A stretch of DNA of 64,000 nt from NCBI GenBank assembly GCA_024679065.1, contig JAGIQG010000013.1, positions 48,298,001-48,362,000 of the forward strand. The letters run 5' to 3'. Positions 51,876 to 64,000 of this stretch are shown piece after piece (the first letter of the stretch is position 1; every line of letters starts with the position of its first letter). The notes beneath the pieces were generated by a model that saw only the letters and a program-made list of their open reading frames with translations, made no database searches and was not told the origin of the DNA. This DNA comes from Sphyrna mokarran. Taxonomy: Eukaryota. The position numbers were made by a program, and so were the translations under genes.

Positions 51876-54800
51876 CTAAAAATAAGGCCATCGTTTATTC
51901 AAGTAAAAAATTCAAGCTATCAATGGGCATGACAGGAGCTATCCCTGTGGAATAATGTTGCCCCTGATGTTAGCAAAGAAATGGAAGCATGTATAGAACT
52001 AATTACATCCAAGGCGAGCTGTAACAAACAATTATCACGCAATGCAGAGAGACACGGATGACTCTGACAGAAAATCACAAGGGCAACAAGGGGAAGAATC
52101 ATTTAAATGTTTAGCTTTGAATCTGTGCATAATGGCAAAAGATATCAGTGGCACTTGGATATATCCATGAATCATAGGAACTTAAACAAGCTATTAACGA
52201 CAAACAGATTTTTAAAAATGTCACTCTGAACATTTACCACCTAATTTTTAAGCGTTCTCCATGTGTCTGCCAGAATTGGACCTGTGAAACACTTGACACT
52301 TGAACACTTAACTTGCAAAAGGCCCTCTCTCATATTAGATAACATTTTACTGGATTCCCACAAGCCTGGTTAAGGTCAATGATTTGAAGTGGAAAACTTA
52401 CTCAATTTCAGGACATTTGCACATAAAAACAAGACAAGTTACACCGAATACAAGATTGCAGTTGAAATGCATTCTTGTACCACTCGAAAGTTAGCAAGTG
52501 AGATAAACTTCTCTAATGTAGGCCCCAATCAACGATTAATATGACACACAATGGGTTTCACTTCTCCAACCATTAAAGCAGTGGTCCTGGACGATTTGGT
52601 AGAATCTGCTTTGGTGACACAATAGGCAAGGGCCTTGTTCCATGCTTTAAACTCTATGACATACTGAAACTGCTACTGGAGTTTCACTCGGAATGCAGTA
52701 AGTACGATTCCTTCAGTGTCCCCAATATGTTAGGTATCACAGCTGGTGCTATAGCTTAATGCATATTTCAATCTTTGCAAGGACTTTCTAGATAACAAAA
52801 ATTGCTGGCAAAATCCATTAGCTGCTACGATAAATGAAAGAAACTTAAATCTCGAGCCAAGTGATGAACAGTGCAGCACTCAAATGTCTGTTTCACTATT
52901 GGAAATGGTGTGCAAGAGCTTCTGATGAGCAGAATATTTGCCACTCCACAGCACAATGTTTATAGAATAACAATGCAACATACATACAAGCAAAAGAGGA
53001 CTGGAGGACAAAGCTAACCATTACTGTCAGCAGAAGCATCAGTTGGCTCCTGTTAGAAGGGAATCTCAACTGAGCAGGTTGAACAATGCTATATTTTCCC
53101 TTCACTCAGCCACGGTTGTGAAGCCAGTCAAGCTGATAAATTGCAGGTAGGTCTGCCTGTGTGGAGACGTGAGGTCGATGTCCTTAAGTTTACCACCAGT
53201 GCCACATGGTTCTTTTTTCTATTGTTCTTCCTCCAAAAAAAAAAGGGAAGTGGCAAGGAAAATTTTGGTGCTGAAATGCTTTGGAAACATTAGCTTCAAA
53301 GTCATTTGTTCCTCCTAATAATGCTGCACCTATGTCATGTCTCAAATAACTGGCTGATGATGAAGTATCCAACAGGAGAAGCCTCGCAAGTGCACCACTT
53401 CCTAGAGGTCAACACAATAAGCAAAATATAAACTACATATTTACAGGTTTTTATATTTCTACTTCATTTTAAATGAATATTTTTGGCAAATTTGAATAGT
53501 AATTTACAACATTTAGAAGGAGTTTTGGTTCAAAATTGAGTAATTGTCATCAGGTCTGTTAAGGGCAGACAGAAAATGAATAACTTGCAGAGGATTTTGG
53601 GGAAACATATCCTGGTTAGAGCATCTGGTGTTAAATCATTCAGATAGAGGGTCAACCGATAAAATCTCAAAGCTAACAGTTTCACCAGGTCTCCTAGGGC
53701 TGCTAAATGGGAGTTCCATTCTGTGCACCAATTCAACATAGTGCTTCGCAGAACAGAGCAATCGTCAGTGACAGTTCATCTCTTCAAACTAGATGCCTTG
53801 CGTCAATCTCTCCAGCATTAACAGGAGTCATTCAGAAATCCGCAGTAGCGACACTCCCACTTCCCTCTCGAGCCCAGTATTGTGTTTTGTGTGTGAATTG
53901 TAAGAAGTAAGTTATTTAAACCCTGAAAAACATGATCCCTTCTATCATCTTTGCAGGTCCAATGTGAGATCCAACATGAACAATTTTAATTTATTTTCCC
54001 CAAACAGAACATATTCCTTGGTATATCCATAAGCCGAGAAAACATCAGCTCAGAAAGGTTATGTCCAGGATGCTAAGCTATGGTAATACTGCTTTGCTAG
54101 AAGATTTAGCCAGATATTAATACACAATAGTTCTATTTTAAGAATCACGTTCAATTTGATTGAACCATCTGCAAGAATTATTACCAGCTCACAATAAATG
54201 TTTTATGCTTGTATGTTGTCTCTCTTCAATATTGTGAAACAGCTGATTGAGGCATTTCAGATGTGATTGGAAACAGGCTCTTAAGGTAGTATTGTATTAT
54301 CCATTCTGATAATTGGGGATTCTGATTAACAACATAACTTCAGTAAATAACGTTTCTCCCTTTGTTTTATGTTCATAGTCATGTTCTTCTAATTCACGAG
54401 TCACAAACATTTACGAAAAGAAATCAAACCAAATAAGAACCTCAAGCAAAAACTTATAGTTTGACCACTGCTACAGGTACATGCTGGTCACGCATAAAAC
54501 CCATCAACAGTGTTCTGTCCTCTACACTTGCTGGGAAATGGTTCCAGTCGCTGGCAGTATGCCAGTCCTTTATCCAAGTGACCATTTTTCATTGGTGAAA
54601 TACTAGACTTTCTGAGCATGACATGATTTGGCTGAGTTGTGGTCGCCATGAGTCCATTTTCCAACAATGACCAAAGGATGAATTTTTCTCTCAATGGCCC
54701 GGCGACCAATTATAATACTTAGAATTCTATCAACCCAGCTGTTACCAACAAAGTTATCACCGATTTGGTTTCAAGGACTTTTCTTGTTTGAGGTTATTCA

Positions 54801-57800
54801 ATACATTTATACAAAGCTCAATCAGCTGAAATTTCATTTTTGCAGGGATTCTCTCAATCTCCCACTGTCACTTAAATGCAAGACTACCAAAATCTCAAGG
54901 TAGCATAAATGAACGAATATGAGTTATCAACAGAAAAATCAGCTGAAATTCTACTTTCTCCTATTTGTTGCACCAGAATTTTACAATGTCTCATTTTATC
55001 AATTTCTAAAATAGCCACACATCAACTACTACTTATGAAGAATATGAAGCATTCCACATGGAAGATTCAGCTGATGTCTCTAGGAATGGCATAAATGCCA
55101 GTAAAGATTCCTCATCCAGTTCAACTGGATAAAAACAATAATTTTTAATTGACATATGCATTATAGCATGGGATTCACACACAGCAAAGAGCACTATTTT
55201 CAAAGTAATGTAGTTATTTCACTGACCAAGTTGCCTCGCTCGTCTTCTCAAAATCTGCATCTTGACATTTCTCACTTGCATCCAAAGAGGACTTTTACCC
55301 TTTGCTATTTTTGATTTTACTTCATTGATATATATCAAGAAGGATTGTTTCATTATTGAATAAAGGTTAAAAGGAAATACTTTATTAATTTGCGTAGAAC
55401 GCAGAAATCCACCAAAGTTACCAAATTTATTCTGGACTCCAACCAAAGAAGGTAACCTATAACGACTACTGCAGCTCCAGAATAAGTAACTCCAGTATCA
55501 GTGGCCTGAGAACATTCAGCAACTTTTCCTGCTGGTCTCCCAGTAATGTAGGCTTCTTGCAGCCTGGAATAAGGGCTATTCGTTATTTAAATAAAATACA
55601 AAAACACACAAATATTTGGATAGGAAAACTTAATTTGTTCATCCTCCATTATAAATAATTTACTCATGAAGTTCTTGTTTTTAATTGGGCTTATTAGATC
55701 TTGATTTTAATTTATTAGAACCTGTAGATTTTAACCCAATGGCTAGGATTTCCCACATTGATTGTTAATAAAGACTAGCTGCATTTCATTCCACATGGAA
55801 GCAAAAGGGCGCGTAACCAATCTGCCAATGCATGTGTACAGAGGTTCATTAACAGCCAAAGTTCAGAATTCACAAGGATCTTAAAACTCACTTCGGAATA
55901 CACTGACATGCTCTATGTCCAGTATTATTTTTGCTATGGATATTACTGTATGTGGTCTTTCTTCACTAGATCTTGGCCAACTGGCAGATCCAAAATCTAT
56001 TATAAATGCCATTCTCTCTGTCACTCAAATGGGTCAGAGTTTCAACCTATGAAACAGTATTAACTAGAAAGATACAAATTCTGAATATGGAGCAGAACGA
56101 ACTACAAAGCAAAGTATACCAAAAGGGCATCAATCTGGCAATCAGCATGTATCTGAGAAAAAAAACTGGCTGTTACACGTGGAGCAAAAACGCTTGTTGA
56201 TATTTCATACACTTCACAATTGGACATATAGGTATCAGGCAGTTCAAACAAACTGACAGAACTTTTACTGAAATAATTCATCTGTTTTCCCAATTGTTAT
56301 AAAATATGAATTTAACAAAAGAACTTAGAGTAATAATAATGAAAGTGTTTTCAGTACATGCTATTAAAACTCACTGTGAGACTGTATTAACAAAAATCAA
56401 CTCCTGGCATCTACACACACACAGTTAAATGTGGGAATCTGGAGGCTGTCATCAAGTGATGCCCTACCTCTCCATAGGTTGCATTGTTTCAAGCTTTATG
56501 GATGGCCTATTTAGTAATTGCTGATTGGTCAGGAACTCAACAACTTGCATATTTTTCTCTGGACAAGATTTAACATTTACATGGATTTTTTAAAAAAATC
56601 ACAAGTTTTTGATTTACTTTGATTTAACTATCAAGTTAAAAGAAAACTATCACAATTACTGAACAGCCTCTCTGGCCCTGAAAAAAAATAAATTTTACAG
56701 ATGTGGATTTTCACTCCCTCCATATGCTCCATATTGATGCATTAAGTTGCAGATTTTGATTTTAAAAATTATATTCTTTGTTGCAATACAACTGATGCCT
56801 TCTTCACCCCATATCATGTCCCAAACTTTATTTCACCTGCTGTACAACAACAGAAATGTGAATTTATTTTGCTGAGGATTGCCTATAACACAGATAATCT
56901 GTCAAGTGTATCAAATGGGAATTGGTATTGAAAGAGAGAGGAAATCAACACTCTGAAACCCTATAAATTATTGTAGGCTTCCTTTGATACTGACTGCAAA
57001 ATCCAGGCCATTGTGTTGAAGTGGAATATTCCACAGACCCTTTAGTATAGTTTTGTAGTCCATGTTCATAAGGGATCAGTTCTCACTTTGTATTTTGCTT
57101 CATAACTGAACCTATATCTTTCTTTTAAATTGATATATTATTAGTTTACATAGATCACATCCTAAAACACGATGATACTCAAAATTATTTTTGTCCATTT
57201 ATCTAAAGAAAGTACGGATCCAATACATTTCATTATCCTGTAACACAAACTTCTGGACTATAAATCACTTCTTTTTTCTATAAAAAGTGTTTTCAACCCC
57301 AAGTACAATTCCCTCAGGTTTTCATATTTTTCACTTTCATTTTCACCATGCAGATAAAATGGCCAAGTCAAGTGGAAAGATCCATCTGTCCAACATACAG
57401 TGCAGCTGCTCTACAATTGGGCCTGTTTGTACTTTTATATAAAAGCAGCCCATGTATTGTAAAGTCACCTTTCAAGCAAATCCAAGTTTCGGAAGCACAT
57501 TCTTTCCCCTACCAACCAATAATATTGTGTCCATTCAGGATCAAAGCAGAAAAGGTGGCCAAGAGCTTTAACCTCTCCCTCAGGAACTTTATTTGAAGTT
57601 AGCAATATTTCAATTCTCAATGTGCAGTACGGGTCTTAGTAGGCATTGAAGCAGCTGGATCAGGAAAAAGGAATACAGTTTCAATTGCCAATGCCAAATT
57701 AGTATTGCAACCAAGCTAAGTGGAAGAATTTTTATTCTCTTTCAAGTCACATTATCACTTAGTTGATAAAAGAATTATGAAATTAACAGAACAGTTTATG

Positions 57801-59707
57801 TGCAATCTTTTAACATGCAAAAAGAATTAAAAAAAAACATATTGAAAGATGATCTGTACAAGGGAGACCAGGACAAGATGAACAACCATTTGGAAGTTGC
57901 CTAACATATCATTTTTGGTTTGCTCAATGCAAAGGAATTATGTTCCCAACCGATTATGTTATGCCATTGACAAAATAGGTCAGGTCACCTGCAGTAAGTC
58001 ATATTAATTAAATTATTCTCATCATTAAAAAAAATCTTGTTTACTTGCATTATTACAACTGCCCTGGGTCACATCATAAATAACATTCTTAAAAATAAAA
58101 TTATACATTGAGTAGGTTTAAGAAATTAATAAATCATACAATTGGCTTGCTGTTCAGTCAAACAAGAGGAATGTGCGGAGCTGTCTTTTTTTTTTGCACA
58201 GCTGTCTTAAAATTTCACTGAATTTCTAGTGATTTGGAAACAATTGAGAATCTGTTCATTCTAAGCTGTACCTCGAAGCGATATGCAGTGTTGCCAAAGT
58301 CATAAAGGACATTTCAGGAAGAAGGTGCCATTGTTGAAGGAGAAAAAAGATAGAAAATATATTTCTCATTCGAAACAAGTCTATCGCAACTGAATAGTTG
58401 TTTGTGCGAAACTTGAATCTAAAAATACATCAAACTCCAACAGAGTGAAGGTCACGTAAAAATGAGAAAGAATTTGCTTTGAATTTAATTGCACATTCAC
58501 AATATAGTTCTATATCATATTTTCTGAATGTGCACAATTGGAAACTCCTCAACAGCAATCAAAAAAAGCTCCCAGAATAAAAAAAGATCTGCCAACTTCC
58601 ATCCTGCTCATTGTGCAGTAATCTCTAATTGAAGTGTGCACATCTGGATGTCACATGAGGAGACAATCCTCATGATTAATCCTTACGATAAAATGTTCCT
58701 GATAAAATATCTTGCTCTCTGCATTAATGAAGTGTGGAATACACAAGGTATTATAGAATTAATCAGTGCTTATGGAAATCAATGCCAACACAAATTAGTG
58801 CCCGTGAGGGCAGGAGGAAAATAGCAACAAAACAAAAATTGAAATGAATGATAATTGATGCTGGTCAGCTTGTGTCAACCGGTAATGCTGCAAAGGAGGA
58901 TTGCCAACCTGGTCTTTGTTTAGATCCAGACATTTTGTTGATTCTTCTCACAGTGTCTACTGCAGTAACGTTTCGTAATGGAGGGCTGTCTGACCTGTAG
59001 TCGTAGAGTTGTTCTACTGCGTATCCTCCTTTATTTAAGTTCTTCAATTCAGCACGAAACGAGATTGCAGTTGGCTCACCCATGGACTGTTGTTCTTAAA
59101 ATCATTTGCAAAATGCTGTACTGTTTCTTGAATGTGGCTAACTACCTTTGCTAATTCCAAACTCTACTGGAGTATGAGTATCTCCATTCATTTGGTGGCA
59201 AAAAACCTTTTACCTGGAGATTGAACAGGATTGGATACAGGTATGGCCTTGGCTCTCAGCTGAGTGAATCATTTTTATATGGTTTTGTCAAGAGGTTTGG
59301 GGTTGGTTCTTTTTGTTTTGCTTGGCCACCAGTATCCTTCGACACCCTTCAGTTTCCTCTCATCTTTAAAACACCTACAAATTGTTGCTTCCAAGAATGA
59401 ATCAAACCAAAATCAAAATCTTTGTAAAGCATTCTTGTATAGTCCCTTCCTTAATCTGGGAGCAATTTTCAGTTTCCATGATGGCGTAAAATTTTCTCTT
59501 TCATTATTCAGGACAGTTGATTTTGTGCTGATCGTTTTATGGGCATCAGTCCACATTTGTCCAATACTTACAAAAAGAAAACTGGCAGCCAGCCAATCTT
59601 GAGGCTGCCATCTCGTTGGCCAAATCCAAATTGTTGAAGTACAATTCCTTCAGAAATGTTCTGAACTAATAACTAACATGAAAATCAAAAGTCTGTGATG
59701 GAATCGC

Positions 59708-60212
59708 AATACAAAAAATAAAGAAAAGTACAGCACTGGAACAGATTCTTCGGCCCTCCCAGCCTGTGCCAATCATTATGCTTAAACTACAAAAGAAATC
59801 CTTCTATCCTTACTCGGTCCATATCTGTCTTTTTCCTCCTTATTCATGTACTCATCCAGATGCCTCTTAAAACGTTGCTAACATGACTGCTTCTACCACC
59901 TCTTCTGGCAGAGCGTTCCAGGCACCAACCGCTCTCTACGAGGAAAAACTTCCCCACACATCTCCCTTAAACTTTCCCTCTCTTATCTTGGACCTATACC
60001 CCCTTGTAATTGTCCCTTGGAAAAAGCTTCTTACTATCCACCCTGTCTATCGCTATCATACGTTTGTAAGCCTTTATCACATCTTCTCTCAGTTTTTGTC
60101 TTTGCAGTGAAAATAGTCCTAGTTTATTCAACTCTCCTCAAAGCCAACACTCTCAGGATCCAGCAACATCCTGGTGAATCTCCTTTTCACTCTCTCCAAA
60201 TTTTCCAAGTTC
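59708..60212 (-). mobile_element. CR1 LINE 3' fragment
   Basis: ACAGATTCTTCGGCCC tail, GGCAGAGCGTTCCAGGCACC (antisense of GAWNALP), CCAGCAACATCCTGGTGAATCTCC (antisense of RFTRML). Confidence 0.85.
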
Positions 60213-60289
60213 TGTTGACGGATTCCCATCAAATAGTAGGGTTTCAGGATGTGTAATCTCTATTGCTGCAGGTCAAGCCATTGGAGAGA

Positions 60290-60392
60290 CCAAAAGAGAA
60301 AATGCTGGATAATCTCAGCAGGTCTGGCAGCACCCGTAAGGAGAGTAAAGAACTGATGTTTTGAGTCCAGATTACCCTTTGTCAAGCTGATT
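60290..60392 (-). mobile_element. Penelope-like terminal fragment
   Basis: AAAATGCTGGATAATCTCAGCAGGTCTGGCAGCA...TTTGAGTCCAGATTACCCTTTGTCAAG, same family as 14400 and 46915. Confidence 0.65.
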
Positions 60393-61099
60393 ATCATTTC
60401 TATGGTACACTGATCACCAGAAGAATGTGAAATTTAGCACAACTTCCAAGGGGCGTCATTTCTGTGCAGCATCCATTAGCCTGTAACTTTTCTTACAAAA
60501 AGATGTGCCATGTAGGAACTCAGGTGCATTTTATGACCTGGATTAAGCTGAAGCACCATGACAATTAAAGTACACTTAATTGCTGCAAATTGAATTTAAT
60601 CATTTTAATCATTTCTAGTGGCTGAATACAAATGTCTCAACATGTACAAAAAAAGAGAAATTGCATCCAGAAGTGGAGGAAATCTCACTATATTGGGATA
60701 TGGATGCAAGACATTAGTAACACGCAATGAGCATACTCTGTATAGTGAAGTGTACCGTGATCAATGAACTTAATATCCTAGCAGGAAACTGAATATCTCA
60801 AAAGCATTTCTCTGGACAAGAATATCCCATTCAGCGCAACAGATAATTTAATGTATTCTAAATATAAACTAAACGGTCTCTCCAAATTGGGCAGCACATT
60901 TCAGATCAAGGGACAAATAGCCCAGCTGTTAGAATATCTTCATGGTTTACAAATCTGTTTTTCAAACCAAGATACAACGAATATGATTCCAAATGCTGCT
61001 TGTTCAATTACATAATTGAAGAAAGGGGAGGGGAAAACAGGAGGAAGATTAAATGAGTTCTCATTGTACAGACTCATGCAGACTTGAAACATTAACTCA

Positions 61100-61500
61100 C
61101 ATGAAATCACAGAATGGGTACAGCCATTCAGCCTATTATGTCAATGCTGGCTCGCTGAAGGGCCAATTCACTAACTTTTTCCCCAACCTTCTCCCCATAC
61201 CACTGCTTGTTTTTTTTTCATTTCAAATAATGATGATTCTCTTCTAAATGCCTTGATTTAACCTGTCTCCATTATACTGTCAGGCAGTACGGTCTACATC
61301 CTTACCTCTCATGTGAAAATATGTTTCCTCCTGTCACCATTGCTTCTTTGGCCAATTACCTTGAATCTGTGCCCTCTGATTTCACGATCCTTCCACCAAA
61401 GGGAACAGTTTATCCCCTCTCTCCTCTGTCCAGGCCTCTTATTATTTTGAGTGCTTCTATCAAATTTCCTCTCAACATTCATTTCTCCAAAACAAAATGC
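61100..61500 (-). mobile_element. Decayed CR1 3' fragment
   Basis: GCCATTCAGCC tail, AATCTGTGCCCTCTG (antisense of RGHRF), TATCAAATTTCCTCTCAAC (antisense of LRGNLI). Confidence 0.65.
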
Positions 61501-62149
61501 TAAGCCCTCAAAGGCTACGGAGCTGGGTAAAACAATCTGAACAAGGCTACATAGACTTCGAGATGTGGGATCCCTAGTGACATCCCAAGCGCTTGGAAAA
61601 CCTCAAACATTCTCATAATGCTGGCACCCATTTTTTGGTCACAAAATAGGTACAAACACAGAAATCAAAAGTAAACAAGTATTTTCTAACTATAATCTAT
61701 GCATACATTAGGAATTAGGAAGAGGCCCACAATCACAAGTACGCTCGCCAGCTATACGGCTCCTCACGTTAACGCCAAGCCACACACTAATTACCCCTTA
61801 ACATTAGCCATGGAACATACAACCCACTTTAGGAGTGGGTAATCTGGTAATAAGTATTTAATAAGGTAACGATTCTCACATTCAACATGTACACCTTGCT
61901 CACTCATAACACCCTCCCCGCCAATCATCTCCTGCGCACATGCACTCACACATACCTGTTTCTCACGCACCCCAAGGTCCGACACCACCCCCTCCTCACA
62001 CACAAAAGTGCCTCTCCAAGGCCCTGGTATGTCCCCAGCTCTATTACAAGACCATCTACAAGAACCCCACCTCTCAAAGACACATTTCTGTGGTGTCTCA
62101 CCACTTCTGGCTGCTTCTCTTAATTTATTAGGGATTTTCAAGAAACTCT

Positions 62150-63230
62150 GAGCCAGAATGGATTGAAGGGAACCAGTAGATTTGTTATATTTGGACTTCC
62201 AGAAAGCATTCAGCAAGGTACCTCACAAAAGATTAAACCATAACAGCCACGGTGTTGGAAGAAGTATATTGGCATGGAGAGAGAATTGGCCAATGGGCAG
62301 GAAGGCAACCCTGTAGAACCCCATTGGTTACAGAGTCCACAACTGGTTACAACATACATGAATGACTTAGAGGAAGGAAGCCAATGCACCATAACCAAAT
62401 TTGCAGTACTACAAGAATAGATGGATAGAAAGTTAAGTATATGAACAGTTCATAAAGAGATACGGATAGGTTAAGTGGGCAAAAAGTTTGCAAATGGAGT
62501 ATAACGTGGGAAAATGTGAAGTTGTTTAATGGAGAACAAAAGAAGAATGTTATTTAAATGAAGAAAAACTGCAACACAAAAGGGACTGTAAATACTTTTG
62601 CATGAAATACAGAAAGTTAGCACAGAGGCACAGCAGATAATTGGAAGGCTAGTGAAATGTTGACCCTTATTTCGAGAGATTGGATTGTAAGAGTAGGGAA
62701 GCAGTACTTTGCTGCAATTACACAAAGTACTGGGGAGACCACATCCAGAGTGCTGAGAGCAGTTCTGATCCCTTTATTTAATAAAGACATGATTTCACTG
62801 GAGGCAGAGAAGATTCACTTGGATGATCCCTGGTGTGAGAGGTGATCTCATTGAAACTTATAGGGTTCTTAAGGGGCTTAACAGGGTAAATGCCAAGAGG
62901 ATGGATCTCCTCATGGGAGAGTCGAGGATCAGAGGGCATAGTCTCAGAATAAAGAGGTGCTAATTTAAGACTGAGATGAGAAGGAATTTCTTCCCTCAAC
63001 AGACTGAGTCTTCAGAACTCCTTGTTACAGAGTGTTATGGGGCAGACTCCTTGAATATACTTAAGGCTGAGGCAGATAGATTTTTGATTAGTAAGGAAAT
63101 CAAGGGTTCCAGAGAAAGTACAGGAAAAATGGACATGAGAAATGTTGAATCAGCTATGATTCTATTGAAGGGTGGAGCAGGCTCGAGGGGCCAAACAGCG
63201 TAATCTTGTTCCTATTTCTTATGGTCTTAT
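62150..63230 (+). mobile_element. Decayed CR1 ORF2 3' fragment
   Basis: LDFQKAFSKVPH, NDLEEG...KFA, QMEYNVGKCEV, RGDLIET, MRRNFF; tail GCAGGCTCGAGGGGCC...CCTATTTCTTATGGTCTTAT. Confidence 0.85.
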
Positions 63231-64000
63231 TGTCTTTATCCTCCAGGCACCATTCTCAACCGGCTGTTGCTCTTTCCAGGCAGACATTTGCCGGTGCCAT
63301 TGCAGCCACCAGTTCCACAGACCCCCCACCCCAAAACCCTTCACGGATACCCAGAGGTCTCCAGAACCCTGTTTCTAAGCTCAAGCACAAAGATTTCCTT
63401 TAAAAAGGATCGATTTTCTCTGTAATGGCTTTCAGCAGTCCATTTGACACATTAGTTACATCAAACTATGATCCAAAGCCGAGCAGAATGGTCCAGAAAC
63501 AGCTCTGCTTATTGCTGAGAAATTTAACGCAATGATCCCCAAGCAGGCATTTGAATCCTTGTTAACATATTGAAGAGGTCCATTACTTTTTAGGTAGCCT
63601 GCTGGTAGACCTGGATATTTTTCAGCAGTCAAGCATATTTCACCTGAGAATTTGTCTTTTTTTCCCCATTATTTTCTACTTGATAATGGGAGCAACATCT
63701 CTACCTGTGGTTTTTTTTAAAATGAGTTCTTATTGCCAGGAAAAATTTAGAATATTTTACTGCACAAAATAATCTTCAGAGTTTAAGATTTCCATGTCCC
63801 AGACATAGTAGCTTTCAGCTGGTAACTCTGATATTTGTCTGCAATTTCAGGAAGATAGGTAATTAATATAGATTTGCAGAATAAAAATTGGCTTCCTTGT
63901 ATAAGAGATAACAATATAGGAGCTACAAGGACGCATGTTCAGGATACTAACTGAAATGAGATTCTGCATCCCCTACCAGAAAGTCAGGCACTTCCTTAGA

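Noticed and set aside
52575-52705. Plus-strand open stretch ending at a GTAAGT donor
   Set aside because: The upstream part resembles a CR1 3' tail (AAGGGCCTTGTTCCATGCT...CTCTATGAC) rather than an exon.
54511-54606. Plus-strand peptide ending YPSDHFSLVKY*, resembling the PSDH motif of nocturnin/PDE12/ANGEL-type EEP enzymes
   Set aside because: The upstream residues do not resemble those families and no other EEP exons were found; a short motif match is expected by chance.
58865-59083. 72-aa ATG ORF on the minus strand in a CpG-retaining patch
   Set aside because: No recognisable homology or supporting exon structure; kept only as part of the repeat-poor region finding.

Overview
Eukaryotic, AT-rich genomic DNA, almost certainly from a cartilaginous fish (shark-type repeat landscape). 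I could not identify any intact host protein-coding gene, rRNA, functional tRNA or CRISPR array. Nearly all long ORFs in the track are decayed pieces of CR1 LINE ORF1/ORF2 or their antisense shadows. The window reads as a large intron or gene desert filled with retroelement relics: about 15 CR1 fragments (one spanning ORF1 esterase, endonuclease, RT and tail), Rex1/Babar-like LINE 3' ends, L1 ORF1 and L2 endonuclease remnants, a Gypsy RT relic split by a CR1 insertion, and Penelope-like ends with degenerate hammerhead cores. There are also at least three SINE types (HE1-like V-SINE with two alternative tails, a non-V tRNA-SINE, Deu-SINE) and a tRNA-Ile-derived relic. Between the repeats are unique AT-rich blocks that look like conserved non-coding enhancers, plus a few unverified minus-strand exon candidates. 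I found no evidence for a wholly new biological system. The most notable signals are a V-SINE subfamily apparently carrying a Rex1/Babar-type tail, a LINE-SINE partner pair and a nested CR1-in-Gypsy insertion. Family assignments come from recalled consensus motifs, not database searches, and most boundaries are approximate (tens of bp).
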